Of a stretch of DNA of 32,000 bases, positions 1 to 8,283 are shown piece after piece. Under the pieces are notes generated by a model. It was not told where the DNA came from, ran no database searches, and worked only from the letters and a program-made list of their open reading frames with translations. Source of the stretch: Nanoarchaeum equitans Kin4-M. GTDB lineage: Archaea; Nanobdellota; Nanobdellia; Nanobdellales; Nanoarchaeaceae. The position numbers and the translations under genes are program-made. Numbering within the stretch: the stretch's first letter is position 1; the number at the start of each line of letters is the position of its first letter. The stretch spans positions 240,001 to 272,000 of the forward strand of contig AE017199.1 in NCBI GenBank assembly GCA_000008085.1, written 5' to 3'.

Positions 1-1066
1 CATTTACCCTTAATATTATATTGTTATTATTAAGAAGCTCTGCTATTGATTTTGTATCTAATATAGGATTAAACATATTTATCCAATTGTCTGTAGTAGT
101 GGTAGAGATATCGGAGATTGTATTATTCTCGCATGTATAATTTAGGTAAACCATGTCCTTATTATTGTATTTAAATGTGACAGTGTAGTTATTCTCCACA
201 TAGCTTATTGATATATTAAAAGCGCTAATATGCCAATCTAGAGAAGTTTTTGCTGTTATATTAATAGTTTCTAACTTACATGGCACAAGCAAACCATCTT
301 TGGTATATGTTATATCAGTTATATTTGTATCACATTTAAATTTATCTATAAACAAAGTGCTTTTCAGTTTAACCAAATCTTCATACAATTTGCTGCTATT
401 ATCTATTAATTGTTGATAATTTTTAGATAGTTTGACTAATTCTTCTGTTCTCTTTTTTTCCCATTCTATAGATTTACTAATGCCTTTCGATACACAATCG
501 ATAGCGCTTTCTATTGCTGATACGATGCTGTCCGTTGATGCCATGGTATTCCCAGCAACAGAACAATCAACGGATGGAATATTCCCTTCTATGTTAATTA
601 ATTTCCCTAAAGAACCCAAATTATTAAGTCTTTCTCTTATTTTTCTTTGGGTTTCATTTAAATAATCTCTTATTTCCCTAACTGGGGATAAAACTAAATT
701 TGCTATCCTATATTTTAATGCTAAAGCCTTTTGTTCGCCTTGCGATAGTATATCACATACACTAGACAAAAACTGTGAAACCCCTTTTAATGGGTTATTT
801 GATTCTATAAAGGATTCTACCAATTTAGTATTTGATACAACTCCTGATTTTTTCAAGAAGTTTAGTAAATAATCCAAATCTTTGAATTTATCATCTTTTT
901 TCGGCAATTCACAAAAACTTTTATAGGTTTGTAATGCTATATGTTCTTCTTCTCCCGTAGCAGTATTTTTTACTTTCCAAACACAACAGCCATAGCTATC
1001 GGAAATAGCAATAGGAATAGAATTTAGCAATAATAAACTTAATAGTAGTGTAAACCTTGTTTTCAC
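1..1066 (-). CDS. Secreted/surface hypothetical protein, N-terminal ~355 aa only (continues past left edge)
   Basis: Absent from the ORF track because no stop lies in the window. My own minus-strand translation from GTG at 1064-1066 (in-frame TAA at 1127-1129, no ATG between) gives VKTRFTLLLSLLLLNSIPIAISDSYGCCVWKVKNTATGEEEH... This is a basic n-region plus hydrophobic core plus small-residue site, like a Sec signal peptide. The frame stays open to nt 2. The first half looks helical; the second half is Asn/Thr-rich with Cys. No family recognised. Confidence 0.55.
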   Translation of the reverse strand, partial: MKTRFTLLLSLLLLNSIPIAISDSYGCCVWKVKNTATGEEEHIALQTYKSFCELPKKDDKFKDLDYLLNFLKKSGVVSNTKLVESFIESNNPLKGVSQFLSSVCDILSQGEQKALALKYRIANLVLSPVREIRDYLNETQRKIRERLNNLGSLGKLINIEGNIPSVDCSVAGNTMASTDSIVSAIESAIDCVSKGISKSIEWEKKRTEELVKLSKNYQQLIDNSSKLYEDLVKLKSTLFIDKFKCDTNITDITYTKDGLLVPCKLETINITAKTSLDWHISAFNISISYVENNYTVTFKYNNKDMVYLNYTCENNTISDISTTTTDNWINMFNPILDTKSIAELLNNNNIILRVN

Positions 1067-1104
1067 TAATATATTGGATAGATAGCTTTTAATCTCTTTT
1101 GTCG

Positions 1105-1692
1105 CTACGACAAAGTGAATAAAACTTTAATTTTCCCTATGTGGCTTTTTAAATATATGCTTTCACTATAAATGGGCCAAGTTTTATAACCATTTTTGTA
1201 TTGGTAACCCCATACAGAGCCATTTAGATAATGTATTTTTATATAATCGTCATAAACTAAAGCACAACCATTGTTTGCATACCATTTATTGTCTATTATA
1301 TCCCCAGAAGTCGCATTTATAAAGTGTGCTTCTATTATTGTCTCTGTATTAGTGCATACTTTTTTGTAATTTCCTATATCGAAATATAGGCATTTATAAC
1401 ATGTAGGGCTTTTACCTGTGGGGACTTCTTTTATCTCATAATAAACATAAATAGTATTATTAAGGCATTGGATTGTAAAGCTATTATTAGTTAAATTGTT
1501 ATAAATGCTATCCCAATTAAAATTGTTATTGCTTAGAAATTTGTATAAACAATAGCGATAAACCATTTTATTGGCAAAATCGTAGCTTTCCAAATAGGCA
1601 CTATAGATATCGTTATAAATATAATGAGTATAGATCATTGAAAGCATAGTGATAAACAAAGAAGAAGAGACTAATAGATCAAACCAGTTCAT
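1105..1692 (-). CDS. N-terminally membrane-anchored Cys-containing hypothetical protein, translationally coupled to the platform gene upstream
   Basis: 195-aa ORF with a hydrophobic segment at residues ~5-22 (FDLLVSSSLFITMLSMIY). The remainder is Tyr/Asn-rich with 6 Cys. ATGA start/stop overlap (1689-1692) with the preceding gene. No class III (prepilin) cleavage motif recognisable. Confidence 0.55.
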   Translation of the reverse strand: MNWFDLLVSSSLFITMLSMIYTHYIYNDIYSAYLESYDFANKMVYRYCLYKFLSNNNFNWDSIYNNLTNNSFTIQCLNNTIYVYYEIKEVPTGKSPTCYKCLYFDIGNYKKVCTNTETIIEAHFINATSGDIIDNKWYANNGCALVYDDYIKIHYLNGSVWGYQYKNGYKTWPIYSESIYLKSHIGKIKVLFTLS

Positions 1693-2729
1693 GGCTTAAG
1701 TATTGTAGTACAAGTGCTTTCTCCGAAATCAGTTTTTATTTTTGCGGTAATTGGTTTGTTAACTTCTAAAGGCAATACTACTTTTCCTGCTATTGCATTA
1801 TAGATTTTATTCCCTATGGTTACTGGGCCTTGGTATGGGTTACCATCAACATATAATGATAATACCATTGTAGATTTAGATTGTTGTGACAGAGTACATT
1901 TTATCGTTGGGGGCAATACAAATAAAGTATAAGCGGTAATACCAATCAAAAACATTATTGATGCATGTTTTATTGTGTCTGCTATGTTACCCCCTACAAC
2001 AGCTGCGGCCATTATTGAGGAAGAAATAGCAAAAGATATTACCATCAAAAAAGATAGAAATTTGAAATAAGAAACATCAATACCCTTGCCTCCTATTTTT
2101 GATACTAATACTTCTGCAAATATTGGTTTTATTATTACTGCTATTGCTACTAAAATTAGAAATATCATATAAATTACGAAAACCTTGCTTTTTACTTGGG
2201 ATATTATATCTTTATACATTTCAGAGGTTTTCTCTATGTTTTCTGCTAGTAATCTTAAAGTTTTAACTATATCTCCCCCACTTTTATATATTTCTAATAA
2301 TATTTCGTTTGCCCTCCTAATTGCAGGACTAAAATAGAAATATTTATTAAACCTTTCCATAGCTTTTGGGAATGGTATTCCCCAGCTAAGCCATATAACT
2401 AGTTTTCTTAAATATTTGTTTAATGCTCCATAATCTGCATTAGCTGTTAGCTTTAGAGCATAAATTAATGATATACCAGAAGAAACGCTTTCGGCTAAAT
2501 CTCTTAAAAATGATGGGTACACAGATTCTAAAGCTTTCTGTTCTCTAGCAATCATATATTGGTATACCATGTAAGGAGCTAAGCCCAAAACTATAGATAG
2601 TGTAGCTATTAGAAGTATATAAGATACGTCTTTGAACAATAGGTTTCCTAAGAAAAGGAATCCTAAATATAAAACTAGTATAGATAATAATATACCTAAG
2701 CCTATCGCTATATATTGATATTGCCTCAT
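1689..2729 (-). CDS. Type IV pilus/archaellum-type membrane platform protein, second T2SSF-domain half (FlaJ/ArlJ/TadC family) with an extra ~75-aa C-terminal domain
   Basis: 346 aa. TM helices are followed by YPSFLRDLAESVSSGISLIYALKLTA..YGALNKYLRKLVIWLSWGIPFPKAMERF..LLEIYKSGGDIVKTLRLLAENIEKTSEMYKDI and more TM helices, which is the classic T2SSF (GspF/PilC/FlaJ) domain pattern. ATGA overlap (2726-2729) with the first-half gene. Confidence 0.8.
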   Translation of the reverse strand: MRQYQYIAIGLGILLSILVLYLGFLFLGNLLFKDVSYILLIATLSIVLGLAPYMVYQYMIAREQKALESVYPSFLRDLAESVSSGISLIYALKLTANADYGALNKYLRKLVIWLSWGIPFPKAMERFNKYFYFSPAIRRANEILLEIYKSGGDIVKTLRLLAENIEKTSEMYKDIISQVKSKVFVIYMIFLILVAIAVIIKPIFAEVLVSKIGGKGIDVSYFKFLSFLMVISFAISSSIMAAAVVGGNIADTIKHASIMFLIGITAYTLFVLPPTIKCTLSQQSKSTMVLSLYVDGNPYQGPVTIGNKIYNAIAGKVVLPLEVNKPITAKIKTDFGESTCTTILKP

Positions 2730-3607
2730 ATTGGTAACATAGATTTAATCATAAAAGCTAATCCAATACTTACTATTGGTATTACTAATCCTAATAATAA
2801 TATATGCATCACCTTTATTGCTTCGATATCGCCACCCATACCTCCCATAATAAGGCTTAATATTATCATAAAAAATCCTCCGACTATTACCAAGGTTAGA
2901 TACATCTCTACTACCATCATTAATAGATCTCCAAATTGTTGGACTTTCCTTCTTAATTCCCTACTATATAGATCGGACATTCTATATAGATATTCACTTA
3001 AGTCTCCCCCGCTTTCTAGTATAGTTTTTAAGCCTATTAATAGTTCGGCCCATTGTTTTGAAGGACTATATTTGGCTTTTTTGTCTAATGCCCTTAATAA
3101 GTCTTGCCCAAGCACATCTACCATTTCTACTATATCTTTTGCCTCTTGTCTTATTTCTCCGAAATCTGGCATCCTAGAGAGAAACCTAAATATAGCTATT
3201 GGAGGCGCCCCGGTATTGGCTATTGTAGCCATGTATAGAGTGGCATAAGGTAGGTTTTTTTCGATAGAAGCTTTTCTTTGGGGTATTCTTATAGAAGGGT
3301 ATATGGTATAAAAAAGCAAAATCAAATGAAATATTATTAAAAACAAGATTATTGTGATTAGTATTATTATTGTGGTATTTTGCAAAATAGATATTTTAAA
3401 TAGGTTTGCTAAAAAACAAATTAATATGCCAATTAATATAGAAGTGGGCAAAGCAATTAATAATCCAACAGTTACCGCTTGGGCAGCATATTCATAGCTA
3501 GTTAAAGGAATAGCCGCTTTTTTTAAGTCTTTGTCTAAATCTTTGAATAGAGTATAATATAGATCAACCAAAAAACCTAAATATTTTATGCCAATCTCGT
3601 ATAACAC
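2726..3607 (-). CDS. Type IV pilus/archaellum-type membrane platform protein, first T2SSF-domain half (FlaJ/ArlJ/TadC family)
   Basis: 293 aa. TM helices are followed by EKNLPYATLYMATIANTGAPPIAIFRFLSRMPDFGEIRQEAKDIVEMVDVLGQDLLRALDKKAKYSPSKQWAELLIGLKTILESGGDLSEYL...FGDLLMMVVEMYLTLVIVGGF. This matches the conserved first cytoplasmic domain of archaeal FlaJ-like proteins. Confidence 0.8.
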   Translation of the reverse strand: MLYEIGIKYLGFLVDLYYTLFKDLDKDLKKAAIPLTSYEYAAQAVTVGLLIALPTSILIGILICFLANLFKISILQNTTIIILITIILFLIIFHLILLFYTIYPSIRIPQRKASIEKNLPYATLYMATIANTGAPPIAIFRFLSRMPDFGEIRQEAKDIVEMVDVLGQDLLRALDKKAKYSPSKQWAELLIGLKTILESGGDLSEYLYRMSDLYSRELRRKVQQFGDLLMMVVEMYLTLVIVGGFFMIILSLIMGGMGGDIEAIKVMHILLLGLVIPIVSIGLAFMIKSMLPI

Positions 3608-3649
3608 AGTTTAGATTTTGGCATTGCTATAATAATAAAAAGGACTACC

Positions 3650-4840
3650 TTATAGTTTATATTCGTTACCCCCTTTTAGGTAGCCATATCCTATTATTCT
3701 CCATCTCCCATTTATTTTGCCAGCTAAAACTATTCTATCATTTTCATTTAATACTAATGGTTTGGACAATTTTAGATACAATCTATCTTTTTTTGACTCT
3801 ATCACTAATGCTGGGCTTATTATGGATAAACCCCCAACCAGAAGTTTGTCTCCTTTTTTAGGAGGGTTAACCTTTTCTTCTGTGCCAACAGCTTTTTCGA
3901 ATAAAGAGTATTCTATTTCTATTTTATCCCACATTGGAGGTAATTTATCGGGGTAACCAACTACTTGGCCTGCCAAATTATCTTCTCTAGTTAAAAAAGG
4001 ATCTAAAGTTGTGCCTATAGCTAATGTGCCTCTAGGTAAAGCAGTATCAACAAAATAGTTACCTTGTCTAATAGAAGTTATTTCTGTATAAATAGGTTGC
4101 CATTTGTTTTCTATCTTTATACCAGGCCTAATCTCTATTTCGTCCCCCACTTTTAGTTTACCCTGTTTGAGAGAACCACCTAAGACACCTCCAACTAATT
4201 TTTTTGGATCTGTTCCTGGTTTGTTTACATCAAAACTTCTCGCTACAACCATCAATGGGTCTTTGTTTTCCTCTTTTTTGGGTAATGGTATTTTTGTCAA
4301 ATAATATAACAAAGCATCGATATTTACATTATGTATAGCAGATATAGGAATTATATAGGTATCTATTAGTTTTTTTATTTCTTCGTAATTTTTTATTGCC
4401 TGTTCTTTAGTTACTAAATCGATTTTGTTTTGAGCAACAATGAAATGCTTTATTCCCATTATCTCTGCAGCTTTTAGATGTTCTATTGTTTGAGGCATAA
4501 TCCCTTCGTTAGCAGCAACTACTAATACTGCTGCATCTACTAATGCTGCTCCAGAAAGCATTACCATTATTAAACTTTCATGCCCCGGAGCATCAACTAA
4601 AGAGATTTTCCTTATTTCTTCACAACCTTCACATGGTTGAGTAGTATAAGCTTCATATCCCTCTTTTGTTGGGTCTTTATATATAGAAAAATCTATATAA
4701 CCCAACCTAATTGTTATACCTTTTTGTTGCTCTTCTTTATAAGTGTCGAGCCATTTTCCAGTTAATGCTTTAGCTAAAGTGGTTTTACCATGGTCTACAT
4801 GTCCTATGAATATTATAGACAAATCAGGATATATTTTCAT
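3650..4840 (-). CDS. eif2g: Translation initiation factor aIF2 gamma subunit
   Basis: 396 aa. G1 motif GHVDHGKTTLAKALTG, then EEQQKGITIRLGY, DAPGHESL and NKIDL GTPase motifs, followed by beta-barrel domains II/III. A TATA-like TTTATAAA lies 21 nt upstream of the ATG. Confidence 0.9.
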   Translation of the reverse strand: MKIYPDLSIIFIGHVDHGKTTLAKALTGKWLDTYKEEQQKGITIRLGYIDFSIYKDPTKEGYEAYTTQPCEGCEEIRKISLVDAPGHESLIMVMLSGAALVDAAVLVVAANEGIMPQTIEHLKAAEIMGIKHFIVAQNKIDLVTKEQAIKNYEEIKKLIDTYIIPISAIHNVNIDALLYYLTKIPLPKKEENKDPLMVVARSFDVNKPGTDPKKLVGGVLGGSLKQGKLKVGDEIEIRPGIKIENKWQPIYTEITSIRQGNYFVDTALPRGTLAIGTTLDPFLTREDNLAGQVVGYPDKLPPMWDKIEIEYSLFEKAVGTEEKVNPPKKGDKLLVGGLSIISPALVIESKKDRLYLKLSKPLVLNENDRIVLAGKINGRWRIIGYGYLKGGNEYKL

Positions 4841-4854
4841 TTATTAAGTGAAAG

Positions 4855-5958
4855 CTATTGGTTTATAAAATTTTTCAGCTTTTCTTTTAGCATTAAATAT
4901 TGCTTAGTATATTCTATTAGCTCTTTTACAGTATTAGCATTTGCAATTTTTTCTTTTAATTCTTTTAGTTGCTCTATATACAAATAGGGGCTTTCCTCCC
5001 CTTCTAACAAATATAGTATTTCTAATATTTGATAATCCTCGTCTTTATTTTCTATTTTTACACTATCTAAAATAATGTCGATCTTCGCTATTAGGTATTG
5101 CTTTATTAATTCAATAGCTTTCCTTTTTAATTCAATATTATTGGGATTTTTCATTAATTCATTAGCTATAAATCTAAGTTGGGTTATAATAGAGCTAAGC
5201 CTTTCTTTTGGGCTTATATATTTAGAAAAATAATCTTTAGCCCACTCTATTAGGGATTGTTTATTGCCATAACAACTATTGATAATTTCGTTTTTTATAA
5301 AATCTTTGTTATCTGTTTTCAAACTGGCTAACCAATAGACTATTTTTTCATAATCGTTAGTTTCTATAACCTTTTTGGCAATATCTTTTGGATCAAATAA
5401 ATTAAGGTTAAACTCTAAAGGTAATAAAGCGAAAGCCAATTCAAAATTACCTTCATTAATGGCTTTTTTGATACAATCTAATTTAAAGAAATCTTTATAT
5501 TTTAATAGTAATTGCTTAACATTTTCATCAATTATTGGCTCTATCGTAAAATAAGGCATTAACTTTTGCAATATTTGGTTTGTGTTTATTTCTGTTTTTT
5601 GTGTTTTTTGTTCTGGTTGGGCTTTGTTAATTATTTGTCTTAAGTATTTCAAAAATGCTATGAAATTTTCTTCATTTGGATTTGTTTTTAGTTTGTTAAA
5701 CAAGGTCTCTAATTGGTTAGCTTCATTAGATAAACCTTGTTTAATTAATTCTTGTTTTATTAAAGGCATATAGCTTTCCAAGTTTTTAACTACCATTGGA
5801 ATATATTGTTTGATTTGTTCTTTTTGCGATTGTGGAAGTTTATCCCACATTTGTAAGAATTGGTCAAATTGTGTTATCGCTTGTTTTACATCTATATTAG
5901 TTATAGGGAAAGCAAAAGCTGTAGAGACCAGCAATAAGGATAGGAAAACTTTTTTCAT
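4855..5958 (-). CDS. Secreted all-alpha hypothetical protein
   Basis: 367 aa. The N-terminus MKKVFLSLLLVSTAFAFPI is a typical signal peptide. The remainder is Lys/Glu/Leu-rich and looks helical. TTTATAAA (5979-5986) lies 20 nt upstream of the ATG. Confidence 0.6.
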   Translation of the reverse strand: MKKVFLSLLLVSTAFAFPITNIDVKQAITQFDQFLQMWDKLPQSQKEQIKQYIPMVVKNLESYMPLIKQELIKQGLSNEANQLETLFNKLKTNPNEENFIAFLKYLRQIINKAQPEQKTQKTEINTNQILQKLMPYFTIEPIIDENVKQLLLKYKDFFKLDCIKKAINEGNFELAFALLPLEFNLNLFDPKDIAKKVIETNDYEKIVYWLASLKTDNKDFIKNEIINSCYGNKQSLIEWAKDYFSKYISPKERLSSIITQLRFIANELMKNPNNIELKRKAIELIKQYLIAKIDIILDSVKIENKDEDYQILEILYLLEGEESPYLYIEQLKELKEKIANANTVKELIEYTKQYLMLKEKLKNFINQ

Positions 5959-5990
5959 GCTATATCTATAGAATAGTTTTTATAAATATG

Positions 5991-6062
5991 AGCCGCCGGC
6001 GGGATTCGAACCCGCGACCTGCGGCTTACGAGGCCGCCGCTCTACCACTAAGCTACGGCGGC
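5991..6062 (-). tRNA. tRNA-Thr (anticodon CGU)
   Basis: Reverse complement folds by hand as GCCGCCG-TA-GCTTAGTGGTAGAGC-G-GCGGC-CTCGTAA-GCCGC-AGGTC-GCGGG-TTCGAAT-CCCGC-CGGCGGC-T. 72 nt, no intron, CCA not encoded. Confidence 0.95.
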
Positions 6063-6080
6063 TTATGCTTATAAAACAAA

Positions 6081-6089
6081 TATTTAAAT
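6081..6089. promoter_or_regulatory. Shared TATA element (TATTTAAAT) between divergent tRNA-Thr and the 6109 gene
   Basis: The box lies 18 nt from the tRNA-Thr 5' end (6062) on the minus strand and 19 nt from GTG 6109 on the plus strand. The whole spacer is only 46 nt. Confidence 0.6.
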
Positions 6090-6108
6090 TTTTATCGCTA
6101 AACTATTT

Positions 6109-6651
6109 GTGATAGTTGATGCAATAATGTATCTAAAACAACAGGGTTTTTATGTCCTAATAGTGGGAATATTCGTTTATGCTATTACGGATTATGTTTT
6201 GTCTAAAATTATGAAAGATAACCCAGCGAAAGGGTTAATATCCTTATCTGCAGCTTTAATAGTTATTACTTTTGGCAAATTTATAGAATTAGTAGAGCAA
6301 TTAGTAGCTTGGTATATTAGTTTTATAGTAATAGTATTTTTGTTTTTAGTCGCTGTCGCCACAGTTGGGGGGGAAGATTGGTTAAAAAAATTGGAAGAAT
6401 TTGCAAAAACTGACAAAAACTTTAACCAAGCTATACTTGGGGTAGGTATATTAATATTTATATTCGCTGCTGCGAGAGTATTCTCTGAATCTTTGTTTGG
6501 TCCATCCGATATAGAGAATATTACAGATCCAACGGCATTGGCCATGGCAGTAATTAGAAATCCTAACATATTAGCAGTATTTGCATTTTTCTTTGCTTTG
6601 GTAGGAGCAGTTTTTGTTGTTAACGGTATACAACCTAACCAAAAGAGATAA
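6109..6651 (+). CDS. Polytopic membrane protein, hypothetical
   Basis: 180 aa with 4-5 hydrophobic helices. The GTG start at 6109 fits the TATA-plus-20-nt geometry (an alternative ATG lies at 6127). Its stop overlaps the ATG of the next gene (TAATG at 6649-6653). Confidence 0.6.
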   Translation: MIVDAIMYLKQQGFYVLIVGIFVYAITDYVLSKIMKDNPAKGLISLSAALIVITFGKFIELVEQLVAWYISFIVIVFLFLVAVATVGGEDWLKKLEEFAKTDKNFNQAILGVGILIFIFAAARVFSESLFGPSDIENITDPTALAMAVIRNPNILAVFAFFFALVGAVFVVNGIQPNQKR

Positions 6652-7775
6652 TGTTCGAGCAATATTGGAACAAAAAATTTAGAAAATATAAATTTCCTGG
6701 CTTAAAAACTAAAGCAGCAAAACAATTAAAAAAAGATTATGATTTGTTGTTTAATTTTATATTAAAAACAAAAGATTTCGTTTTGGCCTTATATAATAGT
6801 TATAACTTTTTATCCGAATATAATTCTAAAATTATTGGTTTAACCAATACCCATGATAAATTAATCGAATTAGATAAAAAGTTAGAGGGATTAATCGGGG
6901 AAGGAGAGGCTTTAATAGATAATTGGTTGCAAAACTCAAACCCCTCTTATATAGAGATGTCTTTTAAACAAGAAATTGGAAGCTGGGAACAAATTTTAAT
7001 ATATTACAAAAATTTAGCCAACTATTATATAAAAGAAGAGCGCAATCTTAATAACCAATCATTAAATAATTTGAAAAGGCTGAGAAATTCGATAAAAAAA
7101 TTATTAGATATCATTACAAACGAATATAAACATTTAGTAAAGCTTGGTTTTATTGACAAATCTTTTTTAGCTAGTTGGGACTATTATAGAAAAGCACTAT
7201 TGCCCGACTATTACATGGCCAAATATATAGAAATTAAAATTGGAATATTAAACAAAATAAATTTCAAAAAAGCTGTCAAATCCAATTATTACGAGATACC
7301 AACATTGTTAGGCCAATATTTAGCCACATTAATAGAGTATTTGGTCGCTAAAAGTACAAACCATAAAAATTACATATCACAAAAAGCCATAGAAGTTGAA
7401 ACCTTTAAGAATAGTTATAAAACTATAAAGGAAATAATGGGAAGACAAAGAAACATAATTAAAATCGCAAAAAACATTTGTTATTCAAAAATGAATAGTA
7501 CAGAGATAATTTTAAAAGAGAATGCCGATGCGTTAACTAAAGCGAAGGAAAGACTAATAATGAAACAGGCTTTTACTCAATTATATCAATTGTTAACTGA
7601 AGTGGAAAGGTATATGGATTACATAGAGGAAAATATTCCTGATTATACTAATAAATTCCTAGAATGGGCAAACAAAGCTGTTTTATATTATGACCAATAT
7701 GTAGAAAGGCTAACAGAGACAAGAGATTATATAAGTGTTAAAATAGAGAAGCTTTTAGAAAAATTGGCTCAATAG
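6651..7775 (+). CDS. Hypothetical helical protein coupled to the preceding membrane protein
   Basis: 374-aa uninterrupted ORF, Lys/Glu/Tyr/Asn-rich, with no signal peptide or TM segment. No family recognised. Confidence 0.55.
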   Translation: MFEQYWNKKFRKYKFPGLKTKAAKQLKKDYDLLFNFILKTKDFVLALYNSYNFLSEYNSKIIGLTNTHDKLIELDKKLEGLIGEGEALIDNWLQNSNPSYIEMSFKQEIGSWEQILIYYKNLANYYIKEERNLNNQSLNNLKRLRNSIKKLLDIITNEYKHLVKLGFIDKSFLASWDYYRKALLPDYYMAKYIEIKIGILNKINFKKAVKSNYYEIPTLLGQYLATLIEYLVAKSTNHKNYISQKAIEVETFKNSYKTIKEIMGRQRNIIKIAKNICYSKMNSTEIILKENADALTKAKERLIMKQAFTQLYQLLTEVERYMDYIEENIPDYTNKFLEWANKAVLYYDQYVERLTETRDYISVKIEKLLEKLAQ

Positions 7776-8158
7776 ACATAAGCTATTAATACTCCCCCAA
7801 TTTTTTGTTCTTTTGCTTCCCTATTTGTGATTAAACCTTTAGAGGTAGATAAGATAAGCCTACCAAAGTTTAATGCTGGTAAATATCTTTTTTCGTATTT
7901 TTCCAATTCACTATACTCTACTGGAAACCTTGGTTTGATTGCATTTGCTTCATTGAAATATTCACTTAACTCTATTTCAATTATTTTACCGCGAGAACTA
8001 TCAACAAGTCTATAATTTTTTATATAGCCTTCTCTTTTCATTATCTCTACTAATTTTATTATTAGATTAGATACTGGGAAAAATGCTGTTTTGTCTTCTC
8101 CTTTTCTTCTTACATTAGTTAAATGAGATAGGAAATCTGCAACTATATCGCGTGCCAT
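7769..8158 (-). CDS. rps8: 30S ribosomal protein uS8
   Basis: 129 aa. The pattern D..ADFL..L.N....G, GYIKNY, and the C-terminal AIKPRFPV...YEKRYLPALNFGRLILSTSKGLITNREAKEQKIGGVLIAYVY are diagnostic for archaeal S8. Confidence 0.93.
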   Translation of the reverse strand: MARDIVADFLSHLTNVRRKGEDKTAFFPVSNLIIKLVEIMKREGYIKNYRLVDSSRGKIIEIELSEYFNEANAIKPRFPVEYSELEKYEKRYLPALNFGRLILSTSKGLITNREAKEQKIGGVLIAYVY

Positions 8159-8177
8159 TGGTTTTGGTTGACAAAGA

Positions 8178-8185
8178 ATTTTAAA
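8178..8185 (-). promoter_or_regulatory. TATA box (TTTAAAAT on minus strand) for uS8
   Basis: Lies 19 nt upstream of the uS8 ATG (8158), the same geometry as other genes here. It overlaps the T5 run that follows the candidate sRNA. Confidence 0.5.
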
Positions 8186-8187
8186 AA

Positions 8188-8235
8188 TCTGTTAATGTTT
8201 GTCATCATTAATCAGAAGCGTAATCCCTCTTCATT
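8188..8235 (-). ncRNA. Candidate C/D box sRNA (about 48 nt)
   Basis: The minus strand reads A-ATGAAGA(C,8234-8228)-GGGATTACGCTT(12 nt)-CTGA(D',8215-8212)-TTA-ATGATGA(C',8208-8202)-CAAACATTAA(10 nt)-CAGA(D,8191-8188)-TTTTT. The D'/C' boxes are perfect. The C and D boxes each carry one U-to-A change, at the two positions that normally form the k-turn U.U pair. A TATA box lies 20 nt upstream of the first nucleotide. Confidence 0.4.
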
Positions 8236-8253
8236 TATATATCTTAATAAAAA

Positions 8254-8262
8254 TTTTTAAAT
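8254..8262. promoter_or_regulatory. Shared TATA element (TTTTTAAAT) for TFB (+) and the candidate sRNA (-)
   Basis: TTTAAAT 8256-8262 lies 21 nt upstream of the TFB ATG (8284). Its complement TTTAAAA 8261-8255 lies 19-20 nt upstream of nt 8235. Confidence 0.5.
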
Positions 8263-8283
8263 AGATTCGATCAAAATTTATAA

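Noticed and set aside
432-665. Plus-strand 77-aa ORF (TTG start) inside the left-edge region
   Set aside because: It lies antisense to a much longer open minus-strand frame (1..1066) with a convincing signal peptide. It has low-complexity composition typical of a shadow ORF.
2726-2729. The FlaJ split as a sequencing frameshift or pseudogene
   Set aside because: The junction is a clean ATGA stop/start overlap, the same as other coupled gene pairs here (1689-1692, 28243-28246), and both halves keep intact domain motifs. It is treated as a genuine split but cannot be proven without reads or orthologues.
2715-3248. 177-aa plus-strand ORF. The same judgement applies to 3717..3956, 4104..4304, 4790..4987, 5582..5773, 6192..6662, 7827..8015, 8478..8675, 9931..10119, 10696..11010, 12109..12324, 13578..13886, 14178..14609, 14874..15074, 16457..16654, 16793..16993, 17040..17255, 17502..17687, 19832..20203, 22477..22719, 30607..30972 and 31060..31326
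   Set aside because: All are antisense to ORFs with strong family signatures or much greater length, and have Ser/Phe/Ile/Leu-rich low-complexity translations. They are judged to be shadow ORFs of an AT-rich genome.
4600-4660. aIF2-gamma seems to retain only one CxxC pair (CEGC) where a four-Cys zinc knuckle is common
   Set aside because: I cannot verify from memory how variable this knuckle is among archaea, so it is not reported as a finding.
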